Shown piece after piece: positions 56,801 through 64,000 of a stretch of DNA of 64,000 nucleotides. Source of the DNA: a candidate division FCPU426 bacterium. GTDB lineage: Bacteria > Oederibacteriota > Muellerivitia > Muellerivitales > Muellerivitaceae. The position numbers and the translations under genes were made by a program. Below the pieces are notes generated by a model. That model saw nothing but the letters and a program-made list of their open reading frames with translations. It was not told the origin of the DNA and did no database searches. The stretch lies in the NCBI GenBank assembly GCA_963738405.1, contig CAVTWJ010000002.1:1-64000 (forward strand). Direction: 5' to 3'. Position 1 is the first letter of the stretch. The number at the start of each line of letters is the position of its first letter.

Positions 56801-58165
56801 TCCTCCCAAGCCCGTCGCGGTGCCCGCGTTGGTGCCTTGGGCCCCCGATTCGACATCCGCCACCATTCCCCCGCCGTTCCCGCCCAAAAGGTTGAAGGCG
56901 GAGCCGAACATGGAAACGGGCCCCATCGACAAATTCGCGTTCCCCCCGATGCCCGACGAGGACGCCCCAAAGATGGCAAGACTCAAATTGGTGCAGTTCA
57001 CCGTGATCCCCCCGCCGTCCCCGCCGCTAATGCTGAAGGCGGTCCCCTTGAGCCCCAAGGAGCCGATGGAAGCGTCCGCGTCGGCGCCCGATCCCGCGTC
57101 GGCGGATTGGAAAAGATCCTCCGCGCCCTGGTCCGAATTAACCAGGATTCCGCCTCCGCTTCCGCCCTTTTCATCGAATTGGGAGCCGGAAAGTGAAACC
57201 GAGGACGACAATAAATCCGCGGTCCCGCCCGTGCCCGCCGTGGTGTTTCCCAGGACACCCGAGAGGTCCTGAACCGTGACGCTTCCGCCGTTTCCGCCCG
57301 TCACGTTGAAAAACCCCTCTTTATTCAGCAAACTCACCGCGGCATAGGCCGTCCCGCCGTTCCCGCCGTCGGCGTCTCCCCCAATGCCCAAGTCGTTCGG
57401 GTCGAGTAATCCGACGCCCCCGCCGTTTCCGGCCACGATGTTCACGGCTCCAAAGCCCAAGGCGAGGGTGCCCGTCGATACCGCGGCTGACCCGCCGTTG
57501 CCCGCAGTGGCGGTGCCGGTCAGGCCGTTCGGGCCGCTCACGGATAGGTCCCCGCCGGTCCCGCCCATGACGTTGATTTCGCCCTGAACGAAATTGAAGG
57601 ACGAAAAATTCGAAAAGGCAGACAAAACCACGGTGGTGGCCGTGAGAGCCGCGTTCCCTCCCTGGCCAGCGGTCAAGCTGGTACATAGGGTGGTCACATT
57701 CGGCGAGCCGCCGTCTCCGCCCCAAAGACCCAGGGTGATCCCCGAGGAATCCAAAGACAAATTCGAGGTAGAGGTAAAGACAGCGTTTCCGCCCGCGCCT
57801 CCGTTAACATTGGATCCACTCGTTCCTGTGGTACCGGTCAACAGGGGCTGGGCGCCGGAATCCCAGCTTAAGGTCACGGGCGCGGTAAAGACCAAGGAAC
57901 CCAAGCCCCCGCCGACCGACCCGAGGACGATGGGAGAACTGGGCAGGTCAAACAGGATGACGCCCGCGGGCGAGGAGTTGGTGCCGGCAACCGCCGTCCC
58001 CAAGTCGCCCGCGGAGGCGGAATTGTCGTCATTGGAATAGACATCAAAAATTGAATAGGCCGCCCGCGCGCCGGGAGCGAAAAGGAAAACCAAAAGGGAG
58101 AGAAGAAGGAAGGATTTAGCGGGCGATGCTTTGAAACCGGGAATGAATTTCGAGCCTTGGGTCAT
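53876..58165 (-). CDS. Autotransporter with Gly-rich (GGxGG) passenger
   Basis: Signal peptide, many GGNGG repeats, LTLTGENLYSGGTSIN passenger-associated repeat, C-terminal beta-barrel ending in F. Confidence 0.9.
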   Translation of the reverse strand: MTQGSKFIPGFKASPAKSFLLLSLLVFLFAPGARAAYSIFDVYSNDDNSASAGDLGTAVAGTNSSPAGVILFDLPSSPIVLGSVGGGLGSLVFTAPVTLSWDSGAQPLLTGTTGTSGSNVNGGAGGNAVFTSTSNLSLDSSGITLGLWGGDGGSPNVTTLCTSLTAGQGGNAALTATTVVLSAFSNFSSFNFVQGEINVMGGTGGDLSVSGPNGLTGTATAGNGGSAAVSTGTLALGFGAVNIVAGNGGGVGLLDPNDLGIGGDADGGNGGTAYAAVSLLNKEGFFNVTGGNGGSVTVQDLSGVLGNTTAGTGGTADLLSSSVSLSGSQFDEKGGSGGGILVNSDQGAEDLFQSADAGSGADADASIGSLGLKGTAFSISGGDGGGITVNCTNLSLAIFGASSSGIGGNANLSMGPVSMFGSAFNLLGGNGGGMVADVESGAQGTNAGTATGLGGNANLLMGPMTATGSTFNVAGGNGGGATIEASGDSTLLGATGIYGSMPVGAGGTAGVSMGSLSLLGSAFDVTGGASGDVLLNSQFSSDGILGNVPIHLGGAAGVTMGTASLSSSSVSLSGGRGGNITMDADSGGWGIQGNGFAGSGGAITLSMTDLEMDSASGFTVSGGNGGNITALSTDEGFYYGISNGIHGNGAAGAGGLAQMSMGAVSVTGSQFALTGGNGGAIDVAALGGDYGVNGSVTAGLGGNAGLSLDLAYLTTSGFTVSGGNGGSLSVTASNGTTVYGAASAGFNGNSLAGSGGAAAVTGTFVSLTGSNFTVSGGNGGVLTMDTDTFTTGINGNGTAGNGGNAGVSLTALILDSASTFTVSGGTGGVLSATGNGTAISGTYTAGTAGQALVTLGSLNGSGVVSVGGTNAQLQVGTGNFGGVMEGNMNLDLSGGGNLTLTGENLYSGGTSINGSVLEAANSGALGTGNVFNGGTLVYSGPMTLNIGGNYTQSAGATLQLGLGPSSSQWDKLNIAGTASLDGALKVVSYAGFTIHDNETFTLLTAGSVTGTFASIDNTVGGSAVSLVYQSTDVLLTDLANPGSSLTFAEIGTTPNQKNLGAGLDNLAGVLNPPALIAYLNGQTNASLPGIYDQLSPASLTPLFHMGFGAAQGEAGLINRHLDSLFGEFTSRDTAWNGEGTRFAGNLSASDEAGMAKDLQPNQWGVFTDETANFGTVSPDGNGPGYQYFTGGMLAGLDYRFSKDWAAGLFFGYSQSGTSQSTGTVSATGGQEGFFAGMREDEFHVNALAVGGLSNYSTSRNGWSGIATGTTQGQMISGSLSAGYDFKMDQVKIGPYASGQFTSVHINAFSETGSLAPLSYDAQGEDSLDSDLGVASSWTWDLNGISLSPSINAAWEHVYSGNLDALSASFGSGANFTVNGPATGTEAVLVGAGLKAQLSRSFNMYASYQGKIGQTNVTEQNVNAGISLGF

Positions 58166-58329
58166 GTCAATTGCCTCCATTTTTTGAAAAAGAAAACACA
58201 AACCGTGGGAATGAAATGAAGAAGGGGATGTTGGTTGGGGAGACGATACAGGAACCCATCAATCAAAAACAACCCGATGCGACAATTTCAGGCTTTATTT
58301 TTCGGGTTCCGCGAGCCGGTCCCCCAAAT

Positions 58330-58363
58330 AAAAAAGCCCGGCTCTCAGGGCAAGCCGGGCTTT
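58330..58363 (-). terminator. Intrinsic terminator
   Basis: AAAAAAGCCCGGCT...AGCCGGGCTTT, downstream of the zinc-ribbon gene. Confidence 0.75.
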
Positions 58364-58383
58364 AAGCCGCTCAGCGGCAAGTA

Positions 58384-58860
58384 TTATTTTTTATTCGGGT
58401 CTTTTTGAATGGGGGCGGGCTTGGGGGCTTCTCCGCGCTGTGCCTTGACCTTGAGGATCCGCTCGAAAAGCTTGAGATATTCTTTTTTCAGTTCCTGCGG
58501 GGTGTTGCCGCGGTAATTGGATTCGTTGAAATCCTCGCCCAAATAATCTTTGCTCTGGCGGATGAAGGTCAAAATGGTTCCCACCGTCTCATCAGTGGCG
58601 CTGTTGGCGTTGGATTCGATGGTGACTTTTTGCACCACTCCCTCGCGGTAGCGGCCGATTTGGTCTTCGCTGGGGTTGACGATGCCTGAGATCTTGCCCG
58701 TAAAACTCTCTATAAAGAAGAGAACTTCTACCTCTTTGCCGTACAACTCGGTAAGGGTGGTGATTTGGCCGGCATCGGGGTGGGCCAGCAGTTCCAGCCC
58801 GCATTGGCTGCAAAACCGGCTTTTTACTTCATTTTTAAAGCCGCATTGGGTGCATTTCAT
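58384..58860 (-). CDS. Zinc-ribbon domain protein
   Basis: MKCTQCG...FCSQCG; start reassigned to 58860. Confidence 0.75.
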   Translation of the reverse strand: MKCTQCGFKNEVKSRFCSQCGLELLAHPDAGQITTLTELYGKEVEVLFFIESFTGKISGIVNPSEDQIGRYREGVVQKVTIESNANSATDETVGTILTFIRQSKDYLGEDFNESNYRGNTPQELKKEYLKLFERILKVKAQRGEAPKPAPIQKDPNKK

Positions 58861-59142
58861 TAAAATCATTCTCCAGAAAAGTTGGGTAACTATACCATGC
58901 CCAGAACCTGAGACAAGGTGGGAAAACCCTTTTTTCACGTTTTTTACTAAGGTTTCTAACGGTTCCATTTTCCGGAAACTGAAGGGCTAACTCAAAGATT
59001 GGGTGCCCTTCGATTACCAAAATTGAAACTTTTGGCGTTCCCTGACTGCCCAAATTCCAAAGATTTAACCTTGTAACATCGCACAATTTATTTTGCTATT
59101 TTTTTATTGAAGATTTCGGCCCCTGCTTTTAACTTCTAGGCT

Positions 59143-59313
59143 ATGGCTTGGATCAAGAAGGTTCTCCGGCAAGAAAAAGGACAGGCGCTGACCGAATACC
59201 TGATCCTTGCCGCGGCGGTTTCCGCCGCTATGCTGGGGGTGTCGTTTCTCTTCGCCAACCAAATTCAACGATATCTTTCCTTTGTTTACGATCTTTTATC
59301 CAAGCCGTTTTAA
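59143..59313 (+). CDS. Flp-type pilin or minor pilin, 56 aa; not in the ORF track
   Basis: MAWIKKVLRQEKG|QALTEYLILAAAV...; prepilin motif with E5 and Y6. Confidence 0.75.
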   Translation: MAWIKKVLRQEKGQALTEYLILAAAVSAAMLGVSFLFANQIQRYLSFVYDLLSKPF

Positions 59314-59337
59314 AATTATGCCTGGGAGGCATGGAAC

Positions 59338-59574
59338 ATGAAAAAACTTTTGAAGAAACAATCGGGCCAGGGGATGACGGAATATATTTTGGTTATCGCC
59401 CTGATCGCGGTGGCGGTGATTGCGGCCGTGAAGATGTTTGGTGGGACGCTGACTGGGGGTTTCAACGCTGCCTCAGGCGCCATCGGAACCAATACGGGAG
59501 CCCCCTCCGGCCAAGGCGTTGCTGGCGCTGCAGGAGCTGCCGGCGCGGTTGGAAACGCAGTGGGCGGCCATTAA
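59338..59574 (+). CDS. flp: Flp family type IVb pilin
   Basis: QSG|QGMTEYILVIALIAV; GGAGG RBS. Confidence 0.9.
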   Translation: MKKLLKKQSGQGMTEYILVIALIAVAVIAAVKMFGGTLTGGFNAASGAIGTNTGAPSGQGVAGAAGAAGAVGNAVGGH

Positions 59575-59580
59575 CCTGGA

Positions 59581-60129
59581 ATGGTTCACGGCAATTCACA
59601 AGAGGGGCAATCCCTAGCGGAATTTTCATTGATTGCCCCTTTTTTATTTATGTTTTTCTTTGGTTTGATCCAGATCACCTACACGGCTTTTGCGGCGTTT
59701 GCCGTCCAAAGGGCGGCGTTCGCGGTTGCCCGTGAAGCCGCTTCGTCCAATGAACCAACTAAATACAATCCATATTTTCAATTGGCCTATTGCCTTGCCC
59801 CCATTGGTCAGCTAAGTCCAACAACGATGGCGACCGTCTTAGCCACCCGTTGCGATATCAATATCGATGACGAAGGTTATGTTCATGCGCAAGTTTCATA
59901 TCCCATGCCCATTTGGGTTCCACTCATCGGGAAGATATTCGGCCGCCCTTTCCAAATTTCATCCGCTTTGCGTTCCCCTATGGAAGACACTCTTGAAAGG
60001 GTATTTGAATCCCTCGGCAAACCCAAACCCGACCTTTCGTTCAAACAGCTTCATTTTCCCAATGTTCAAACCCTTACTTTTACAGCGGAGGCATTGAACG
60101 AAAATTCGGTCGGCTACGAGGAGGAATGA
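59581..60129 (+). CDS. TadE-like pseudopilin
   Basis: EG|QSLAEFSLIAP...AA..VAREA. Confidence 0.85.
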   Translation: MVHGNSQEGQSLAEFSLIAPFLFMFFFGLIQITYTAFAAFAVQRAAFAVAREAASSNEPTKYNPYFQLAYCLAPIGQLSPTTMATVLATRCDINIDDEGYVHAQVSYPMPIWVPLIGKIFGRPFQISSALRSPMEDTLERVFESLGKPKPDLSFKQLHFPNVQTLTFTAEALNENSVGYEEE

Positions 60130-60130
60130 C

Positions 60131-61330
60131 GTGCTCAAGCTTCAACGCTGGTCCATAACCCCCTGCGGTCAGGTTTTGATGGCCACCTTATTTTTTTGCT
60201 TTATTTTCACCGCCCTTTTCTATGGTGTTTATAAATCCGGCGCCTTCTACAACGCAAAAACGAGGGCGAATCGGGCCACAGATTTGACCGCCTTATCAGC
60301 CGGGGCGGTTTACGCAAATGGGATGCAATTGGTGAGATTATCTAATGTCATTTTGATGGGTTTCTTATCTATTGATATCGGCATTATGCTCGCGTCTTTA
60401 AGCATTACAGGAGGCCTTGGTAATTATGCGCTCAATTATTTCCTCCCCCCAATGCCGTTCACAAAAATTGTTCAAACTGTCCAAAAGGTTTTATTTGGAA
60501 TAGATCTGCCTACCGGGGCCTATCCTTTCTTGATATTTTCAGAGGCAAGCGTACTTTCCAAGGATAACCAGCTATCAAATAATTGGCCCAGCCTAACTTC
60601 CTGGACAATCCCAACCCCGCCTTCCCCAATATTTTTATTCAATTTCGAAGGCAATTTGGCTGAATCCTTCATTCCAAACATGGCTTTGAAATTTAGAACT
60701 CTCGACATTTTGCTGTTAAAACTGCCGAAGGATGAAAAACCATCGAGGTATTACTACCTCGAAAAGAAAACCGGCTTAAAACACTATTACAACGCCGAAC
60801 AGGTTGTGGATGCCCGCAATCCACGGTTCCCTGATCAAAAAAAGGTAAAGGTAGGCGATCAATGGAAATGGGTCGCCTTAGAAAAGGACGGAGAAAAAGC
60901 AGTGAAGGAAGGTGAAAAAGCCGTAGAAGCCGAGGGGGAAAAGGTTGAGGAAAAAGGCGCTCTTCAAGAGTTGAAAGATAAAATCCCTTTCTTTAACTTA
61001 TTCAAACAAATTCCCGTCGATGTAACCGACCGGGACGACCCACCCAATCACACCGTTTTGATTTATTCCTCGTTTCCCTCATCAGTATCGGGAGTGGCTG
61101 AATCTTCCAAATCCTTTCAATGTGTCAGCGAAGCCTCGGTGGAGGGCTCTGGCTTGGGCGCAACGAAAATCAACGACCCACCTTATTGCGCCAAACTGAA
61201 ATCCACAGACCCCACAACCCTCGCAAAATATCTCGATGTCCAGAATATGATTCAAACCGCGGTTCAAACGGGTCATTTACCTAATGTGAGCGATATGTTC
61301 AATCTCGCCGCGGGAGTGCCTTCCAAATGA
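60131..61330 (+). CDS. TadG-like (Tad domain) pseudopilin
   Basis: G|QVL...TM segment...ATDLTALSAGA. Confidence 0.65.
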   Translation: MLKLQRWSITPCGQVLMATLFFCFIFTALFYGVYKSGAFYNAKTRANRATDLTALSAGAVYANGMQLVRLSNVILMGFLSIDIGIMLASLSITGGLGNYALNYFLPPMPFTKIVQTVQKVLFGIDLPTGAYPFLIFSEASVLSKDNQLSNNWPSLTSWTIPTPPSPIFLFNFEGNLAESFIPNMALKFRTLDILLLKLPKDEKPSRYYYLEKKTGLKHYYNAEQVVDARNPRFPDQKKVKVGDQWKWVALEKDGEKAVKEGEKAVEAEGEKVEEKGALQELKDKIPFFNLFKQIPVDVTDRDDPPNHTVLIYSSFPSSVSGVAESSKSFQCVSEASVEGSGLGATKINDPPYCAKLKSTDPTTLAKYLDVQNMIQTAVQTGHLPNVSDMFNLAAGVPSK

Positions 61331-61812
61331 GGCACGCTATCCTTCAAAGGGGACAGGCGCTCACTGAAATGATTTTAGTAATTCCCCTGCTGTGTCTCAT
61401 GGCCGCCGGGTTGATTCAATTTTCACAATTATTTCTGGCCCAAAACGCCTTTGATCAAGCTTGTGGGCTTGCGGCAAGGGATTTCGCCGCCAGCGAAATT
61501 GACGATACTCTATTCAGCCAAGACGCATGGGAAAACTTAGGGCCAGACCAAAAATATTTTATTCCAAGTTCAATTGTGTCAGTGCCTTTATCCGGAAGTT
61601 CCTCTACTTCAAACCTTTTAATTAATAACCTCAACGTCTTAGGACCCCTTTTTTCTAAATTAAAATCAGTCTTTGTAAATTATTCGGGGGAAAAGCGGCT
61701 TGTCACGATTCAATTTAAGGGTCCCGCGTTCTTCGGATTGATCTTTCCTACAGGCATTACCTTTCAGACCCAATTAGCGGTTTTAAAATATCCTGAGGTG
61801 GCGACGCCATGA
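61327..61812 (+). CDS. TadE-like pseudopilin
   Basis: RG|QALTEMILVIP...AAR. Confidence 0.82.
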   Translation: MRHAILQRGQALTEMILVIPLLCLMAAGLIQFSQLFLAQNAFDQACGLAARDFAASEIDDTLFSQDAWENLGPDQKYFIPSSIVSVPLSGSSSTSNLLINNLNVLGPLFSKLKSVFVNYSGEKRLVTIQFKGPAFFGLIFPTGITFQTQLAVLKYPEVATP

Positions 61813-62546
61813 AAAATAAATGGTTTTGGGGAACCCTTTCATTCTGGTTTATATTCGCCATTGCCTTCACGAGCCGAGCCCTTATTTTCTCAGATGTAAA
61901 GTTCGATCCCCAGATAATCAGCCATTACGAAATCAAAACAAATGGCCTGATCCAATCACACAAGCTTTGGATTAACGAGGGATCCCTAAACAATCTACTC
62001 CCTTTGCTAAGCGATCGCTTACGACAGGAGGGATGGATTTCTTGCGCAGGGGGGCGGGATATCATTCCCGATCTGTTGCAACTCGATAGTTCAGTTCCAG
62101 ACATTTCCGATAAGCTCCAAATTAAAATTTACCGAAAGCCCGGGTTCCATTTGTCAATTGGACTTCTTCAACGAGAGGGCGAAACTAAAACCTACGGATG
62201 GGAAAGTATTCTCCCAGATATGGTTTTCAACCAGGAACAAGCCCGCAAAAGTTGGGACCTTTCTTTTCCGACTCCTTCCGACGCAAAACAATTGGTCAAT
62301 GAAAAGCTCGAAAACCTTCAAATTGCCATGGTGATCCTGCCACTGCAAAAAAATCTAACAGGCCGATTCCAGGAGCTATGCCAACAAGGGAACTGGGAAG
62401 CGGCCTTATGGAAAAAAGGCGAAACCGATCCAGTCTTTATACTCACCAAAGGGGAAAATAAACTTTTGGCTTTATTGAGCCATCAAGATTCGGAAGACGT
62501 CATTACCCTTCTTCGTTTAGATAAAAGAAAGGACTTTTATGATTAA
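61809..62546 (+). CDS. Hypothetical exported protein in the Tad locus
   Basis: N-terminal hydrophobic segment; overlaps both neighbouring genes. Confidence 0.7.
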   Translation: MKNKWFWGTLSFWFIFAIAFTSRALIFSDVKFDPQIISHYEIKTNGLIQSHKLWINEGSLNNLLPLLSDRLRQEGWISCAGGRDIIPDLLQLDSSVPDISDKLQIKIYRKPGFHLSIGLLQREGETKTYGWESILPDMVFNQEQARKSWDLSFPTPSDAKQLVNEKLENLQIAMVILPLQKNLTGRFQELCQQGNWEAALWKKGETDPVFILTKGENKLLALLSHQDSEDVITLLRLDKRKDFYD

Positions 62547-63306
62547 AAAAACAATGATCCCACTCGGCTCTGGAATCTTACTCGGTTTGTTCGCTTTTAT
62601 TTTTTTATTTCAAAAAGCGTCCGAAATGGATAAAAAAACAACCCCCGTTCACGTCCTAGTGGCAAAATCCTACGTCGCTACCGGTCATTTCTTAACCGCA
62701 GATCTTGTAGAAATGAAATCAATTCCTGGTGAATATGTGAGCCCCAGTGCCATTCGTGATTTGAAAGAAGTTGAGGGAGAAGTCGCACTAGTGCCTCTTT
62801 CAACTGGAGAACAAATACTTTCAAATAAATTCGGCCCTCCAGAGGATTCATTGGCTTGGACCCTTACTCAAGGGCAACGCGCGTTCACGCTAGAAGTTAA
62901 CGAAGCCAGCGGAGTCGGAAATATGATTCATCCCGGAAACCACGTGGATATCTTGGCTAAGATAAGTTCAGGGAATCGAAATGTGACGTCGTTTGTGTAC
63001 CAAAATCTTACGGTATTAGCTACGGGGCAAAAGATATCCACCTCCAAACCAGGTGATAGCGGCGCGGGAACCTCAAGCGACGGCCGCAATAATTACAATA
63101 CGATTACCCTGTCAGTAACAGCCGAGCAGGCGGAAACCCTGTTGTATCTTGAAGGCCAAAATTTAAAATTAATTTTAAGGGCGGCAAACGACGAAGAAAT
63201 TTCAGACCTCCCGCCCATGAGCGATACGGAAGTTTTAGCCAAAATCGGTCATTTTCACACGGATGCAACGCGTTCGATCCGAGTCATTCAGGGAGAATCT
63301 CGTTAA
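62539..63306 (+). CDS. cpaB: Flp pilus assembly protein CpaB/RcpC
   Basis: SAF-like domain, GQRAFTL.V..ASGVGNMIHPGNHVDIL, QNLTVLATG and TITLSVTAEQAE. Confidence 0.9.
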   Translation: MIKKTMIPLGSGILLGLFAFIFLFQKASEMDKKTTPVHVLVAKSYVATGHFLTADLVEMKSIPGEYVSPSAIRDLKEVEGEVALVPLSTGEQILSNKFGPPEDSLAWTLTQGQRAFTLEVNEASGVGNMIHPGNHVDILAKISSGNRNVTSFVYQNLTVLATGQKISTSKPGDSGAGTSSDGRNNYNTITLSVTAEQAETLLYLEGQNLKLILRAANDEEISDLPPMSDTEVLAKIGHFHTDATRSIRVIQGESR

Positions 63307-63335
63307 AATTTTATGATTCAATCAAGGAGCGCACA

Positions 63336-64000
63336 ATGAAATATAAAATTCTTTTAGGAATTCTTTCACTTACCCTTTCCGGAACAGCTCATGCCACTCA
63401 AGAAGATATTCACCTTACCCTTGGCGAATCTAAGCTTCTACATTTGGATACAGCCGAAAAGGTCGCTATTGCAAACCCCGCCATCGCGGGTGTTACCCCT
63501 GTTAGTGATGATGAAATTCTTATATCAGCCAAATCACCCGGGAGTACTAATTTAGTTTTAATTTCTCCGGACGGCGACAAAGAAACCTGTCAAATTTTCG
63601 TAATAAGCCACAACCTCAAAAAAGCCATGGTCGAAATTGGCGTTGAAGTCATGGAAATTGACTACGAAAGTTCGCTTAAAGCCGGTTTAAGCTGGGGTTC
63701 GAACGCCTCATCGGGAGGAACTGGTTCATCCAGCGCTTCCTCAACTTCCATCCCCAACAACTTTACCTTAAACGAGGGGACGCCCCCTTCCATATTTACT
63801 TTTGGAACTGTTAGCCGAGATGCCCTAACTGCAAGCCTGCAACTGTTAATAAATCGCGGAAAAGCTAAAATTTTAGCAAAACCAAAACTTTTGGCTGTCA
63901 GTGGATCGGAAGCTAGCTTTTTATCAGGCGGGGAGGTTCCCTATGTAGTTGATACAAAACTAGGCTCTGTGGATGTCCAATGGAAGCCCTATGGGGTCAA
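63336..64000 (+). CDS. cpaC: Tad secretin CpaC/RcpA (5' part; runs off the window)
   Basis: Manual translation: signal peptide, VAIANPAIA...KSPGSTNL, GKAKILAKPKLLAVSGSEASFLSGGEVP...QWKPYGV; AAGGAG RBS. Confidence 0.88.
   Translation, partial: MKYKILLGILSLTLSGTAHATQEDIHLTLGESKLLHLDTAEKVAIANPAIAGVTPVSDDEILISAKSPGSTNLVLISPDGDKETCQIFVISHNLKKAMVEIGVEVMEIDYESSLKAGLSWGSNASSGGTGSSSASSTSIPNNFTLNEGTPPSIFTFGTVSRDALTASLQLLINRGKAKILAKPKLLAVSGSEASFLSGGEVPYVVDTKLGSVDVQWKPYGV

Noticed and set aside
59148..59735. 195-aa plus-strand ORF
   Set aside because: Overlaps two clear pilin genes and a TadE-like gene in other frames

Overview
Bacterial chromosomal window of moderately high GC, diderm (TonB system, TolC, porin, autotransporter, secretin). 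Almost all genes are on the minus strand until a plus-strand Tad/Flp pilus locus at the right end. In order: (1) a sulfur-starvation unit (1-Cys peroxiredoxin, porin, sbp, cysT) containing three SAM-II-like pseudoknot riboswitch candidates, each coupled to an intrinsic terminator, two of them in tandem; (2) an AT-rich orphan gene and a repeat-rich lipoprotein; (3) a ~13.5 kb metal-uptake region (TonB/ExbBD, a frameshifted TonB-dependent receptor, three DUF3299-like paralogs, a His-rich protein, an ABC transporter, a MerC-like protein) with three paralogous His/CxxC/RAPP-type leader ORFs, bracketed by diverged copies of the 3' end of a neighbouring membrane-protein gene; (4) a PAS kinase / response regulator / EAL signalling cluster; (5) an ArsR-regulated TolC-RND-DUF2892-TauE cluster with two matching operators and no adaptor gene; (6) mixed housekeeping and accessory genes, a PemK/MazF toxin-antitoxin pair flanked by 26-bp palindromes, Sel1 proteins and a Gly-rich autotransporter; (7) the Tad locus. 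Five MITE-like inverted-repeat elements built from CACCAAG heptamers lie in intergenic spaces. No rRNA, tRNA, CRISPR array, integrase or transposase was recognised. All family assignments come from motif recognition by eye, not database searches.
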